Part shown: in pieces, positions 13,661-27,540 of the stretch | How the letters are laid out: every line of letters begins with the position of its first letter | Numbering within the stretch: the stretch's first letter is position 1 | DNA from: Stegostoma tigrinum | Taxonomy: Eukaryota | Assembly: GCF_030684315.1 (NCBI RefSeq) | Contig: NC_081397.1 | Location: 5,518,001 to 5,582,000, forward strand | Reading direction: 5' to 3' | DNA length: 64,000 bases | The notes under the pieces: model-generated | What the model saw: only the letters and a program-made list of their open reading frames with translations | Databases searched by the model: none | Told to the model about the DNA's origin: nothing | Translations under genes and position numbers: made by a program

Positions 13661-16319
13661 ATCATCTTCTTACATTCACTCTTGAGTGACCTGTAATGGA
13701 TTACACACTTTAGCACCTCAGAATAGGAGCTTTCTGTCGCTACTGTATGTACCAACCACACTAAAATGCTCTCAGGCAACTGATTGACCAATACAACTTA
13801 AGGGCTAGGAGCAGGAGGAGACCATTCAGCCTCTTGGGTGCCTGTGGCCCCATTTGATACGGCACAGCTGATCCTATCTTGGCCTCAGATCCAGTTTCCT
13901 GCCCCCACTCCCATTCACCCATCATAGATTACAAATCTGTCTGTCTCCTCCTCCAATTTATTCAGTGTCCCAACATTCCCTACACACTAGGGAACAGCAA
14001 TATGTACCCACAGCACAGCAAATTCCCCAGATTCACATCCCTCTCTCCCTTGAAGAGAAGCCATTCCTCCTTATCTCTGTTTTCAATCTGTACCACCACC
14101 TTCTCCTGAAATGTTGACCTCTTGTTCTAGATTGTCCCACATGAGCAATCATTCTCTTCCTTCTCCTTTCCATCTTATATCCCTCAGTTAGATCTCCTCT
14201 CATTCTTCTAAACTCCGGAGATTATTGGCTGAAACTGCTCAATCTCTCTCCATAAGACAAACCCCTTACCTCATAAAATGAAATGGACAAAATCGCATTA
14301 CATCTAAATAGTATATTGGATGTGGACACACATCCCTAAGTGAGCGAGTCACGGTGTCGGAGAGGTCTCCAGCACAAATAAAAGGCCCATTGAGTCTGTG
14401 CCAGTCAAAAACAACCACCTCACTATTCTCTAATTCCATTTCCCCAGCACCCAGCCCATTGCCTTGGCATCCCAAGAGCACATCAAAATCCTTCTTCAAA
14501 GTGATGAGGGTTTCTGCCTCTCCCATCCTCACAGATAGCGAGTTGCAGGTTCCCCACCAGCCTCTGGATGGAAGTGTTTTCCCTCATTGGTCCCTCCATC
14601 AAGGAGGAAAAGTTTCTTCCTGCGTACCCAATCTATGGTCCCTCATCATTTGATACATCCCTTTCATGTCCAGCCTCTCAATCTCCTCTGCTCTAAGGAT
14701 AACAACCCCGGTCTCTCCAATCTCTCTCCATCACTGACACTCTCCAGCGTCTAAGGCAACATCCTGGTAAATCTGCCTCTGCACCCTCTCCCCGTGCATT
14801 TAGATACATTCTGTCATTAAAGTGTCTTTTCTTTTATTTACAGCTCACTGTGATGTTGCATCAGGTGGGAAACATATAAGTTATTTTGCAGTGAAAAAGC
14901 TGGCAGATAATTTTTAATCAGCAAAGTTATGTGAGAGAGAGAGAGACAGAGAGAGACAGAGACAGAGATAGGGAGACAACAGCAACAACCGTTTTACTGT
15001 TTAACCTGAGGGTCACCACATCTAAGGCAAAGGGGAACGATCATTCACAGCAATCTCAACCAGTGCAGGAACTGAACCCCACGCTTTCAGCACGACCAGA
15101 CAATTAACTGAGCTAACCAAGCCCTACATGGCAAAAACATTGGGCAACATGGTGGCTCAGTGCTTAGCACTGCTGCTTCATATTGTCTGTGTGGTTTCCG
15201 CCTGGTGTTCCAGTCTTCTCCCATCACCTAAAGGTGTGCAGGTCAGGTGGATTGGTCATGCTGAATTGCTCATAGTGTCCAGGGGTGGGTAGATTAGGGA
15301 GATTAACCATAGGAAATGAACGGTTACAGGGATAGGTTAGAGGAGTGGGTCTGTGTGGGATGCTGTTCAGAGGGTTGGTATGGACTCAATGTGCTGAATG
15401 GCCTACTTCTACAATGTAGGGATTCCACTGCTGTCGCTGTTTGGCTCAATGGTGCAGGTAAAATTATACTGACCCGAACATCGCACTTTGATATGATTCA
15501 TTTTCAATTTCTGAAATAATGTGGAGGTAATATCCTATTCTGTCAGATGTCCAAGGGATACTCTGAGGACTTGAGTTTAAATCTTGCTGTGGCATGCGGT
15601 GGATTTTGACTTCTACTTTAAACAAAACAGATCTGGAGTTAAGACTCTAATGATGACCATTGTAAGAAGCAAAGAACCATCTGGTTCACTAGTGAAGACT
15701 GACATGAGAAGGTATTTCTTCTCTCAGGGAGATAAGAGACTTTGGAACTCCTTGCTACAGGGAGCTGTGTGTATTTGTGGCAGCAGGGGGGAGGCTGGGA
15801 TTGACAGATTCTTGATCAATCGGGGAATCAAAGGGAAGGGCGGGCAAGTGGACATGAGGAATGTTGGATCAGCCACAGTCCTAATGAATGGTGGAGCAGG
15901 ATCGAGGGGCTGAACGGCCTACTCCGATTCCTGTCTCTGATGGTCCTTATGGGAGCAAAATCTGCCATTCTCACCTGGTCTGTTCTGCATGTGACCCCTA
16001 ACCCTTTGCGAACTCCTCATTGCCTTCAGGCCGAGCATGTCAATCCATTCAAGGATATTTTGAGATTGGCACCCACTTGCCACCTTGGCAGAGCTGGCCA
16101 CACCCTGTTCAGAGTACAGAGAAATAACATTTGTCATCGTCAGTTTTAGGCTTGTTCCAACTGTGTGCTTTTCTCAGAGGAATTGGTCTGTGTAACAACC
16201 CCAGATGTTCACAGCTCATCCCGTACACTCTCACTGTCTTCCAGATAAAGTTTGTTATTCTCACCATCTGCCCCCTCCATATCCCCATGTTCACCACCCA
16301 CCCCCTCTGAATGTCCAGC

Positions 16320-17600
16320 TTCTAGACTCATCACTGAAATGATTCACGCAGTTTAATGTAGAAAGAGTGACGTTATCTGCTTTGGGAGCAAAACCAGGAA
16401 ATCGGGTTTTTATCCGCCGGATTGGGATGTGGGGGTGCTCCAAGACCTGGATGTGCCTCACACACCAGTCAGTGACAGTGAGCATTAAAGGAGCAGCAAG
16501 TGGTAAAGAAGGGAAATGGGACGGTGGCCTTCATAGCGAGAGGGTTCGAGTCCAGGAGCAGGGCTGTCGTGCTGCAATTGTACAGGGAGAGATCACGTCC
16601 TGCAGTATTGTGTGTGCAGTTTGGGGTCTCTATCTCTGAGGAAGGATGCCGTGGCTATGGAGGGAATGCAGCCGAGGTTTCCCAGACTGATTCCTGGGAT
16701 GGCAGGACTGATGGATAAGGAGAGACTGGATCGGTTAGGATTATATTCACTGGAGTCTGGAAGATTGAGGGATGATCTCATAGAAACCCGTGAAATTTCA
16801 ACGAGGCTTAACAGGGGTAAACACAATTTTTGCTGATGGCTGGAGTAGGGGTTGAGGGCACGTGAGTCCACACTCAGGGGGCCACAGTCTAAAGGAGATG
16901 GGGAAGGACTGAGGGTGGGGAGAAATGTCTTCACCCAGAGGGTGGGGAGCCTGTGGGTTCTCTGTCACAGAAAGTGGTCGGGGCCAGAGCAGTGAATGTT
17001 GTTCAAGTAGGTGCACAGAGTTCTTAGAGGGAAAAATGTCTTGCACAGCCACATCATAACATCCCATCTCCTATACTCAGTGTTGGAACTGATGAAGGTA
17101 AGTGTGCCAAACTTGCTGTCTGCCTGTGACTTTACTTGATGGAACTATGTGCCTGCACCCCTCGATCCCTCTGTTTGACAACACTCCCCAGGGCCCTGCC
17201 ATTAACCTGCCCTGGTTTGCCTCAGCAAAGCTGCAACACCTTCATATTTAATGAAATGTGAGGCTGGATGAACACAGCAGGCCCAGCAGCATCTCAGGAG
17301 CACAAAAGCTGACATTTCAGGCCTAGACCCTTCATCAGACCCCTCTGATGAAGGGTCTAGGCCCGAAACGTCAGCTTTTGTGCTCCTGAGATGCTGCTGG
17401 GCCTGCTGTCTTCATCCAGCCTCACATTTCGTTATGTTGGATTCTCCAGCATCTGCAGTTCCCATTATCACTCACACCTCCATATTTGTCTGAATTAAAC
17501 TCCACCTCCCAGTCCTCGGCCCAGTGGCCCAGTTGATCAAGTTCCTGTTGTACTCTGAGATAATCACCTTCACTGTCCACGAGGCCACCGGCTTTTGCTC
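16320..17600. mobile_element. Adjacent CR1-like fragments (+ ~16320-17040, - ~17040-17600)
   Basis: RLIPGMAGL...ERLDRLGLYSLE on +; minus-strand RT-like sequence interrupted by the 17250 hairpin. Confidence 0.65.
17250..17473. mobile_element. Penelope-derived hairpin insertion with hammerhead core, inside a CR1-like fragment
   Basis: ~91-bp arms around a CCCC loop (17340-17343); core 17345-17372; 14-bp near-perfect TSD at 17236-17249 and 17474-17487. Confidence 0.8.
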
Positions 17601-18179
17601 CTGCTCCTCATTTACTATGTATCTGTATTGCCCTATTTTCAGGCTGAGCAACCAGACCAGCAACCATCCTGCATCACATACACCACCCTGAGGCACACAG
17701 ATATGCGAGGGGATGAAGAACCAGGTCAAGATGAAGAGGGAATGTTTCTGCAAAACTTTCACGGACATTGTGTGACAGCACAGAAGAATCCCTTCCGAGC
17801 TTCACAAATTGATGGATAGCAATTGTTCCTTCCATCAAATAAGGGGGAGAAGGAAGAGAGGACAGAGGAGCGTCAAGTTTCTGCAGCTGACAAATGGCTA
17901 AGCTTTGTTTCCATTCACTCAGCCGGACATCAACTCCAAATATGAATTTGTCTTGGGAAACCATCCAAATAACCATCTCTCACATAACTCTGAGAGAGCT
18001 AATTTCTCCTGCTGTAGCATGATCTGACCCATGATGGCAGGGATTTGAGATTTTGTGCTGTCCATTCCAAACTTGAATATCCATTTGATCTCCTGGTTAG
18101 TGGGTCAGGGCAGATGGCCCAAAGAACTGAATCTACTCTGTATTTAATTTTTAATTGTGGTGAGCTGGAAATAATTCTA

Positions 18180-19030
18180 GGCAGGATTGTTCTCCAGCCC
18201 TATTACCCTCTAACTTCATCATTTTCAAATATATATCCAGCTCTCTGTTCATATCTCACATGGAATCCACCTCCACCACTCTCCCAGGCAGCACATTCCA
18301 AATCCTAACAACGCTCTGAGTAAAGATGTTTCTCCTCATCTCACTCCTAGCTGTCTTGGTGACAATCTTGAAACTGTGACCCTTGGTTACTGACATAGTG
18401 GAAACAGAGTATTGAACTTCACTCTCTCAAAATCCTTCATAATTGTGAACATCTCCATCAGGCTTCCTTTTAATCTTCTCTGCTCCAAGGGGAATAAGCC
18501 TGATTTCATTCATTTTTCCTTGTAAATAAAATCCTTCATTCCTGCTGTCATTCTAGTAATCTCCTTTGGACTCTCCCCAGAGGCTTCTTCCTTAAGTAAG
18601 GTGCCCAGAACTGAACACAAACACAGTCTAAGCAATGTAGTCTTAGCAATGACTTGTAGAGATGTAGCATTACTTCCTTCCTTTGAGACTCAATGCCTCT
18701 ATTTTTAAACTCAAAGATCCCTTGAACCTGCTTCACAACTGTTTCAACTTGCCTGGCCACCTTCAGAGAATAATGCACATGAACCCCAAGATCTCTCTGC
18801 TCAATACTCCCCTCAAAGCTGTACCCTTAAGCTTGTATTGTCTCTCTGTGTTTTTATTAGCAAAATGCACAAGCTCATATTTTTCTGCATTGAAATTTAT
18901 CTGCCAGGTCTCTGCCCATTTGGCCAACTTGTCAATGTCCCTGTGAAGTCACTCAGTATCATCCTCACAATTCACTCTTCTCCCTGGCTTACTATCATCA
19001 GCACATTTAGAGATTTTATCCTCAATACTC
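18180..19030 (-). mobile_element. CR1-like LINE fragment
   Basis: ISKCADDSK and LYKSLLR...CVQFWAPYLRK in minus-strand ORFs. Confidence 0.7.
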
Positions 19031-19049
19031 AACTCCAAATCATTTCTAT

Positions 19050-21200
19050 AATCAATATATTTATCTATATATACCTGCCAGTTTCTCGTATGTAAATGTA
19101 TGACTGCATTTACCAGCCCGTATCTGTTAGTTTCTGCTCTGAGAATTGAGACTGACAATATTAATCTGTATCTGTCAGTTTCTGTTGTGTGAATATGAGT
19201 ACAGTTCCAGTCTATGCCTCTCTGTTTCTGCCTTGTCTGTATGTAAATGTACTTATCGAAGTACAGCTGTCAGTTCCTGCTTGGTGAATGTGTGAGTGCT
19301 GTTCCCAACAAGTACCTGTGAGATTCTGCTCTGTAAATAGGAGAGTCTAGTTAACAGACTATACTTGTCGGTTTATGGCCTGTGAAACTGGGAGTGTAGT
19401 TATCATTGTCTATATCCATTTTAGCTTTGAGAATGAGGGTGAAGTTATTCATCTCTCCCTGACAGTTCCTGCAATGTGAATGCATGACTGACATTAGCAG
19501 AAACCAAGAGAGACTGATAACTACAGTCAAACCTTTACATTGTCGTCAATGTGTTGTCATCATTTGTGTGTTTCTACAATGTGAACAAGTGAGTGTAGTT
19601 ATCAAACTGTACATGTCAGTTTCTCCTCATGTATCAAAATGGCTAAGTCTCTGAAGGCCAGTATTATTCTCTGTGACTGTATGATTCACTCTGTAATAGT
19701 TATCATTTGGGCGTTGAGACTGGGGCTTCATGTCTTCTGCATTGTGTGATTTATGACTTAAGTGTCAGTCCGTGTGGTAGGCGAGGGGGGTGGAGAATTT
19801 GAGGACATGGGGTGAAAACAGGAGGGGAACTGCTTTATTCTGAGAACCACTCTGATGAATGGTCACATGTTTCCTGTTTGGTCAGACAGTCTGAGATCTG
19901 TGGTACCACTGATTAAACCTTTTCTCACCAAAATCAGAATCACAGATATGGTACAGCATAGAAGCAGACCATTCAGCCCACTGTCTCTGTACTGGGATTG
20001 TTTTGTGCATCAGTTGTACAGTAATTGTTCGGAATGTGAACTTCATCTACTCATTGTCAGTGTATATATGTAAGGGACAATTTGACATTAATTCTGTGGG
20101 TATCTGGCTTTTCGTAACGATAGTGGCAGTTTTGATATGTTTCCCACAGTCTCAGGGAGAGTATATGGATCTCATTCTCGTATGTTCGGTTGTGGTTTGT
20201 GTCAGAATAGTAATCTCTGTAAATAAACTCTTTTCAATTGCACTCAACTGCATTGCATTTCAGTCTCAGTTTGTTTTTACATTGTGCATGAGGTAGAGTG
20301 GGCAGTAGAATTTATCTGTCACTACTGGGCACTGTAACAATCCAACATCCTCAGGTGTAATCAGATATTAAGAGAGTCAATTCATATCTGGAAATTACAT
20401 AGGCCATACTTAAAGCTGTACCATTGAGCTTGTATTGTTTCTTTGTATTTTTTTCTTAGCAAAATGCATAAGCTCATATTTTTCTGCATTGAAATTTATC
20501 TGACAGGTTTCTGCCCATTTGGCCAACTTGTCAATGTACCTGTGACGTCACTCAGTATCATCCTCACAATTCACTCTTCTCCCTGGCTTACTATCATCTG
20601 CACATTTAGAGATTTTATCCTCAACACCCAACTCCAAATCATTTATATATAATCAATACAGTTATCAATATATACCTGTCAGTTTCACCAAAGTCAATGG
20701 GTGAGTACATTTACCGGTCTGTTCTTGTTAGTTTCTGCACTGTGAATTAACAGTGACAATATTACCCTGTCTCTGTCAGTTTCTGCTGCGTTAGCATGAG
20801 TACAGTGAGCAATGTATGCCTCGCTGTTTCTGTCTTGCAATTTGTAAATGTTCTTATCAAAATATACCTCTCAGTTCCTGCTTGGTGAATGTGTGAGTGC
20901 TGTTACCAATATGTGTCTGAGAAATTCTGCTCTGTGAATAGGAGAGTCTAGTTATCAGACTGTACTTGTCAGTATATGCTCTGTTTAACTAGGAGTGTAG
21001 TTATCACTGACTGTCAGAAACCAACAGAGACTGATAACTACAGTCAACCCTTAACATTGTAGCAAATGTGTTGTCATTGGTTTGTGTGCTTCTTCAATAT
21101 GAACAAATGGGTTTAGTTATTAATCTGTACATGTCAGTTTCTCCTTGTGAATCAAAATGGCTTAGTTCTCTGAAAGCCAGTAATATTCTCCGTGACTGTA
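19050..21200 (+). repeat. ~48-bp repeat arrays (19050-19650 and 20650-21150) inside a tandem segmental duplication
   Basis: Same unit as 26533-27540; 18820-20400 is duplicated at 20410-22280. Confidence 0.7.
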
Positions 21201-24200
21201 TGATTCACTCTGTGACAGTTATTGTTGGGGTGTTGAGGCTGTGTCTTAATCTCTTCTGCATTGTGTGATTTATGAGTTCAGTGTCAGTCTGTGTGGTAGG
21301 TGAGGGGGTGGAGAAGTTGAAGGCACGCGGTGATAACAGGAGGGGAACTGCTTTATTCTGAGAACGATTCTGACTCATGATCACACATTTCTGATATGGT
21401 TAGAGAATCTGAGATCTGTGGCATCACTAATATAACTGCTCCTTTCTCACCAAAATCAGAATCACAGATATGGTACAGCACAGAGGTGTACAAAATGAGC
21501 AGAGGTAGAGATAGAGTAGATAGCCAGAGACTTTTTCCTCGGGTGGAGTTCGCTTTTTACGAGGGAACATAGTTTTAAAGTGAAAGGAGGTAGGTATCAG
21601 GGAGACGTCAGAGGTAGATTCTTTACTCAGAGAGTGGTAGCGGTGTGGAATGCATTGCCGGAGAGGTTAGTGGAGTCAGCCTCATTAGGGTCATTTAAGA
21701 GGCTGTTAGATAGGCATATGGATGATTGTATAAGGTAGTGGTGGAGGTTAGATAGACCTTTGCTTTTGGGTAAAAGTTCCGCACAACATCGTGGGGCAAA
21801 GGGCCTGTACTGTGCTGTACTACTCTATGTTCACAGAAGAGACTATTCAGCCCATTGTCTCTGTACTGGGCCATTCTATTATGTACCAGTTCTGCAGTAA
21901 GTGTGGGGAACAAGACCTTCGTCCACTCATTGTCAGTGTTGAGATGAAAAGGACAATTTGACATTAGTCCTGCAGGCACTTGACTTTCAGTGACAATAGT
22001 GGTAGTTTAAATATGTTTCCCACACCCTCAGAGACAGGATATGGGATTTCATTCTTCAATGTTCAGTTGTGGTTTGTGTCTGAATAGTAAACTCTGGAAC
22101 TAAACTCTTTTCAATGACACTTAATTGCATTGCATTTCAGTCTCAGTTTGGTTATACATTATGCATGAAGTTGAGTGTGTAGTAGAATTTATCTGTCACT
22201 ACTGGGCACTGTAATAATTCAACATCCTCAGCTGCGATCAGTGATTTTGAGAGTCAATTCATATCTGGAAATTACTGTGAGGCCAAATTTCATTCTTTTC
22301 CTTTCAGCATCCACTGGCTGTGTGTGAGTGAGTTTTCCCTTGTGCTGCCAGTCTGTATCTCAGTTCACGTCTCCTGCAGTGAAACGGAACCAGCAAAGTT
22401 CTTCAATTGTTGGTGCCTGTGGGAATTACGTGCAAGTGAAAGGCAACACACTGCTACAGAAAGGATTCTTTGCTGTTCCACAGCGTGGAAACATGAAACA
22501 CAATGGGCCTTTGTAACTTGTATAGTACTGTCTAACATGGAGGAATGATACAAAGTGTTGGTTTTCAGAATACCATTAGTTTCGTTTTCAGTGTGTAATG
22601 ATATGCTTTTCTGAATACTGCTGCAGTAGTAATCAATGTAAACTGAATCCATTTACAACTAAGCGAAAGGGCAATAAACAACTCAACTGCATCGCCGCTG
22701 ACTGACCACAGTGTTGCTTGTACAGAAAGACAATTGGCTAATTTATTTCCTGATGTAGACAGGACATTACCCTGCTCCGTGCTGTGAGGGTGCAAGCAAT
22801 CAGTGGTACTCTTGTGTTGTTCTATGAAAGGAACGTGGAAAGGAAAAAGGAATTTTATTTTCTGTCATGCAGTGCAGAAGATTTAAACTGTCAAACTCAT
22901 TTACTGAACAATCAACACTTCAATTCTGCATTGGAACAAAATGAGCAGTTTCACAAAGCTACCAGTTTTGTCCATTTTTATATTTCTCCACTGTTTTGAA
23001 GGGTGACTACTTGATTACGTTGATTCATTGTGCAAATTGCATTCTGATTTCTTGCTATTTTTCTGTAGTACATCCTAGGGAGGGCTAGGAGCAATGCCAG
23101 GCTCTTTGTAGAAAATTGAGACAATTTTGAAAGAAGTACACAATTATGAATAAAACTACCCCTGAAAGGTGAAGAGATGGAGAAAGATATTGCGATGAAT
23201 GTGGGGGTGGCAGCTCCTCTGCAGCTCTGGCACATGTCGGGCTGGCTGAATAGGATGAGAATTGAGTTTTTTTTTGATCCGTACAGACTTAAACATTTGA
23301 AGTGTCTCATTCTATGCTGTCGACTTCTCTGGCAATGGATCTGTGAGTCAAAATCATTCCAAATGTAACATATTTTATTATTTGCAATGTCTATGCAACT
23401 GCATGGTTGTGAAATGTTGGAAGGTGTGTTGGGATTGTGTGTGTATTTGACAGAGAGAGAGAGCAAGTGTGTGCATGAACAATAATGATTCTGTCAGGCT
23501 ATGGTGCAGAATGTGCTTTTGGAATTCACATTGTTTAATTGTTGTATGTGACAAATATTTATCAAATTGTTAGTTCTATCCTTCTCTGTCACTGCTAATT
23601 GAATGTTTGTGTTTCAATATCTGTGCTCAATATCCAGTTCCCATGTGGGTGTTCAAACTTACAGTTTCATCAATTTGTTCACACTGACTGTAACTCAAAG
23701 TATCCTTACTAAATGCAGGAGTAATGCAGTTCTAGAGTGTATATTTTAGATGAGGATTCAGTCTCTCTATCCTCATAGGTTTTTGACAATGTGAATGGTG
23801 AAATTGTTTGGAGCTGGGTGATATGTGTTGAGAATACAGATAAAAGAAAAAAATTAGTGTTTCCTCGGTGGTGTTTGACTCTCGGTTTGAATGCTTCTCT
23901 CTGAAAATTGTGTTCAATGTGTGTTTGATTCAATCCGCTGTCACTGTGCTTTCTATGCTCTGTCAGTGTAGCACACCTGGTGGTTCAAAGCTACTGGTCA
24001 CACTTGGCTTTGTGCTGAGGAAATATTACATTGTCCAGGTCCTTCAAATATTTGCCTGGAGGAAGACAGAAGGGATAGCCCCTGTTTCTCAACATCAGCC
24101 AATACTGGCAATATCAAACTGAGCAATGCCACATTGGGTCAATAATCATTTGGATTGTTTCTTTAAAGCCAGCAATTTGAACACATCCAGGGGTCTGATT

Positions 24201-24789
24201 CCACTCGTGCCCTCAGAAAAACAGACAAGGGACAGCCCCTTGTCTGTTTTTCCTTAAAACTCTATACGTATTGAGTGAGATCTAGAAAGTAAAGGGCCTG
24301 TATTGTGCTGTAATGTTCTATGTCTCAATGTCTATGTCTAAACAGCACCTGTATAACTCCATGGACGTAAGTGAATATGTCCGTTTTGTTATCAATCTGT
24401 ATCTGTCAATTCCCAATTGTTGAATGTGTGAGTGTAATTATCAATATGTACCTGTCAGTATATGCTATGTTAATCTTTTTAACTTGACAGATTTATTATC
24501 ACATGCAGTGAAATACAGTGAAAACCTCTGTTTATGAGAATTTCTGGCAGATCATGTTCAGTATGGTACAGATAAAAATGACTTAAGACAGAGGCATGCA
24601 GGTTACATTGACAGGGTGTGCACTAGGAGAGATCAACATTAGCTAAATTGTCATTATTTGAGGCTAAAGAGTCCATTCATCAATCTACTCAGGGTAAGGA
24701 AGAAGCTGTTCTTGAACCTGCTCATGCGCGTGTTTAGGCTTCTGTATCTTCTGCCTGATGGAAGGGGTTGGAGGAGATCTTTCACCCGT

Positions 24790-25570
24790 GGAACATCTGA
24801 ATGACAAAGGCACCTACGTGAAACTCATGCTCATTGACTACATCTCCGCTGTCAACACCATTGTTCTGTACAGACTGATCTCAAAACTCCATGACCTTGA
24901 TCTCAGCTAGGCCCACTGCAACCTGATTCTCAGCTTTCTGACTCGTGTACAGTAATCAGTAAAGATAGACGACTGCATCTCTTGTAGAATAACACAACAC
25001 TAGAGTGCTCCCTCCACCCCCACAGCCTCAACGATTTGTCTTCAGCACCCTACTGTACTCCATGTACACTCAAAACTGTGGGGCCAAATTCCAAATGGAC
25101 ACCGTCAACAAATTTGCTGATGACATCAGTGTAGTAGGATGGATGTCTAACTACGAGGAGTCAAAACCCAGAAGGGAGATAGAGGGCTTGGTGACATGAT
25201 GCAATAAAGGCAACTGCTCTCTCAATGTCGGAAAAACTGAAGAACTGATCATTGACTTCAGAAAGAAAGGAGGAAAACTGCTGCCCATATACATCACTTG
25301 AACTGAGGTTGAGAGGTTGGAGAGTACCAAGTTCCTTGGAGTGACAATAACCAACAACCCGCCCTGGACATCGCACGTAGATGTAACAGTTAAAAGGCAC
25401 AAGGCCTCTTCTTCCTCAGGCGGCTCAGGAAATTTGTCATGTCCAGAAGGACCGTCACCAACTTCAATAAATGCACCATTGAAATCATCATTGCCTGGCT
25501 GCACAATGACCTGATATGGCAACTGTACTGTCCAGCGCTGTAAGAAAACTACAGGTGATGTACACAGCCC
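24790..25570 (+). mobile_element. Rex1/Babar-like LINE RT fragment
   Basis: Remnants resembling LIDY.SA.NTI, LLYSMYT, KFADD.SVVG and KFLGV.IT. Confidence 0.6.
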
Positions 25571-25649
25571 AGTCAACCTGTTCCTGTCAGTGACTGGTAA
25601 ATTCATTTACATAGTCACACAGCAGAGACTGACAGGGATGAGTTGGTAA

Positions 25650-26530
25650 CGATAGAACCGTAAAAATGTTACAGCACAGAAGGGACGATTTACACCATCT
25701 TGTCCTTGCTGACCCAATGATGCCCCCAGATGTCCCTCCGCTTCCTGCAGACTGCTTGTAACACTGCAGCTTACAGCACTTCAGGTGCAGATCCAGGTAA
25801 TTTATCTTTAAACAAGTTTACAGCCTCTGATTCCACTCCTAATTCAGGCAACAAATTCCAGATACCCAACACCCTCTGCATAAGAAGCATTTTTCCTCAC
25901 ATATCGTTTGATCCTTCAGCTACTTTGCTTCAGTCTGGTTTTTGAGCTCTCTGCCAAGGGAAACAGGTTCCTCCTATCTACTCTACCTCTCCCTCTCACA
26001 AGTTAGTTTTCGTTAATCATGGCACATCTCAGCCTCCTCTGTTCCAAGGAATATGACCCCAAACCCTCTAATATCTCCTTGCAGCTGCAATTCTTCAGCC
26101 CTGGCAACATTCTGGTAACTCTCCTCTCCACCCCCTCCACAGCAATTACATCCTTCCTGTAATGTGGTGACCAGAACTGCACACAATACTCCAGTTGTGG
26201 CCTCACCACTGTCTCATATTGTTTCATCATTACATGCCTACTTTTGTATTCCACACCATGACGAATGAAGGGGAGCATTCCACATGCCTTGTTAACAACC
26301 CTAAATACGTGTACCAATACCTTTAGGGACCTGTACACTTACACGCCAAGATCTCTCATTTCATGTACCCTTCTCAATATATTCCCATTTATTACATATT
26401 CTCATTTACTGTGTGACCTTCCCAAACTGCATTACCTCGATCAGAGCTGAACTCCCTCTGCCACTTTCCTGCCCACTCCACCAAACCATCTGTATCATTT
26501 TGCATCTTCCAATTATCCTCTCTGTTGTCC
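25650..26530 (-). mobile_element. CR1-like LINE 3' fragment
   Basis: ORF 26003-26338: VRPQLEYCVQFWSPHYRKDVIAVEGVERRVTRMLPGL. Confidence 0.8.
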
Positions 26531-26532
26531 AC

Positions 26533-27540
26533 GTCAGTTTCTGCTGTGTGAATATGTAATATAGTTATTATTTTGCAGTTGTCAGTTTCTGGTTTGTAAA
26601 TGTGTGAATGAATTTATCATTCTGTGCAGTCTGTTTTTCTGTGTGAATGTCAGGATGTAGTTATTAATCTATACCTGTCAATTTCAGCTATGACAATGAG
26701 ATTTTCATTGTCAATCACAGCCTGTCAGTTTCTGCTCTGTCAATATGTGAGTTTAGCAATCAATCTGTCCCTGGCAGACTGCTGTGTGAATACATTTGGG
26801 TCGTTATCAGTCTGCACCAGTCAACTTCTGCTTGGTGAATATGTCCCTCGGTGAATACCTGTCAGTTTCTTCTACGTGAATATGTGCATGACATTATCGA
26901 TCTGTACCTACGGCAGTAGATGAGTGTAGTTATCGATCTATACCTGTCAGTTTCTGCTCTGTGAACAGGTGAGGCAAGTTGCCAATCTGTCCCTGTCAGT
27001 TCATGCTATTTTAAACTGAGACTGTTATTATCAATCAATCTGGCCTGTGAATGTGTGATTTTACCCATCAACCTCAACCTGTCAGTTTCTAGCTTCGAAT
27101 GTGTAAATGCATTTATCAATGTGTACCTGTCAGTTATTACGCTGTGAATTTGTATGTAATAATAATATTCTTCATGTCAGTATCTGCAACATAAATGTGT
27201 GAGCACATTTCTCCACCTGTCGCTGTCAGTTGCAGCTCTGTGTATCTGAGAGTTATTAGTTATCAATTATCAACCTGTGCCTGTCAGTTTCTGGGTTTTG
27301 AATGTGGAAATGAATTTATCATTCTCTCCCAGCCAGTTTATGCTCTGTAAATGGGCAAGGAAAATGATCAGTCCGTGCCTGTCAGTTTCTGCTGTTTGAA
27401 TACGAATGTCATGATAAGTCTGTACCCATCAGTTCCCGCCATGTGAATGTGAGTTTTAACATCAGCTTTCTTTTGTCTGTTTCTGGAATGTCAACGAGTC
27501 GTCGTAGATATCAATCTGTACCTGTCAGTTTTTACTGTTG
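26533..27540 (+). repeat. Degenerate ~48-bp tandem repeat array
   Basis: GTCAGTTTCTG-like cores at 26533, 26581, 26629, 26677, 26724, 26773, 26820...; consensus roughly tgtgaatatgtgagtgtagttatcaatctgtacctgtcagtttctgct. Confidence 0.8.

Noticed and set aside
8385-17820. Isolated acceptor-like sites on + (~8385, ~14843, ~17642) suggesting exons of a host gene
   Set aside because: No recognisable protein similarity or consistent frame; cannot be supported without RNA data.
26533-27540. Regularly spaced motif resembling a CRISPR array or a 16-codon coding repeat
   Set aside because: Eukaryotic context, whole units are homologous with no unique spacers, period varies 47-49 nt and stops are frequent.
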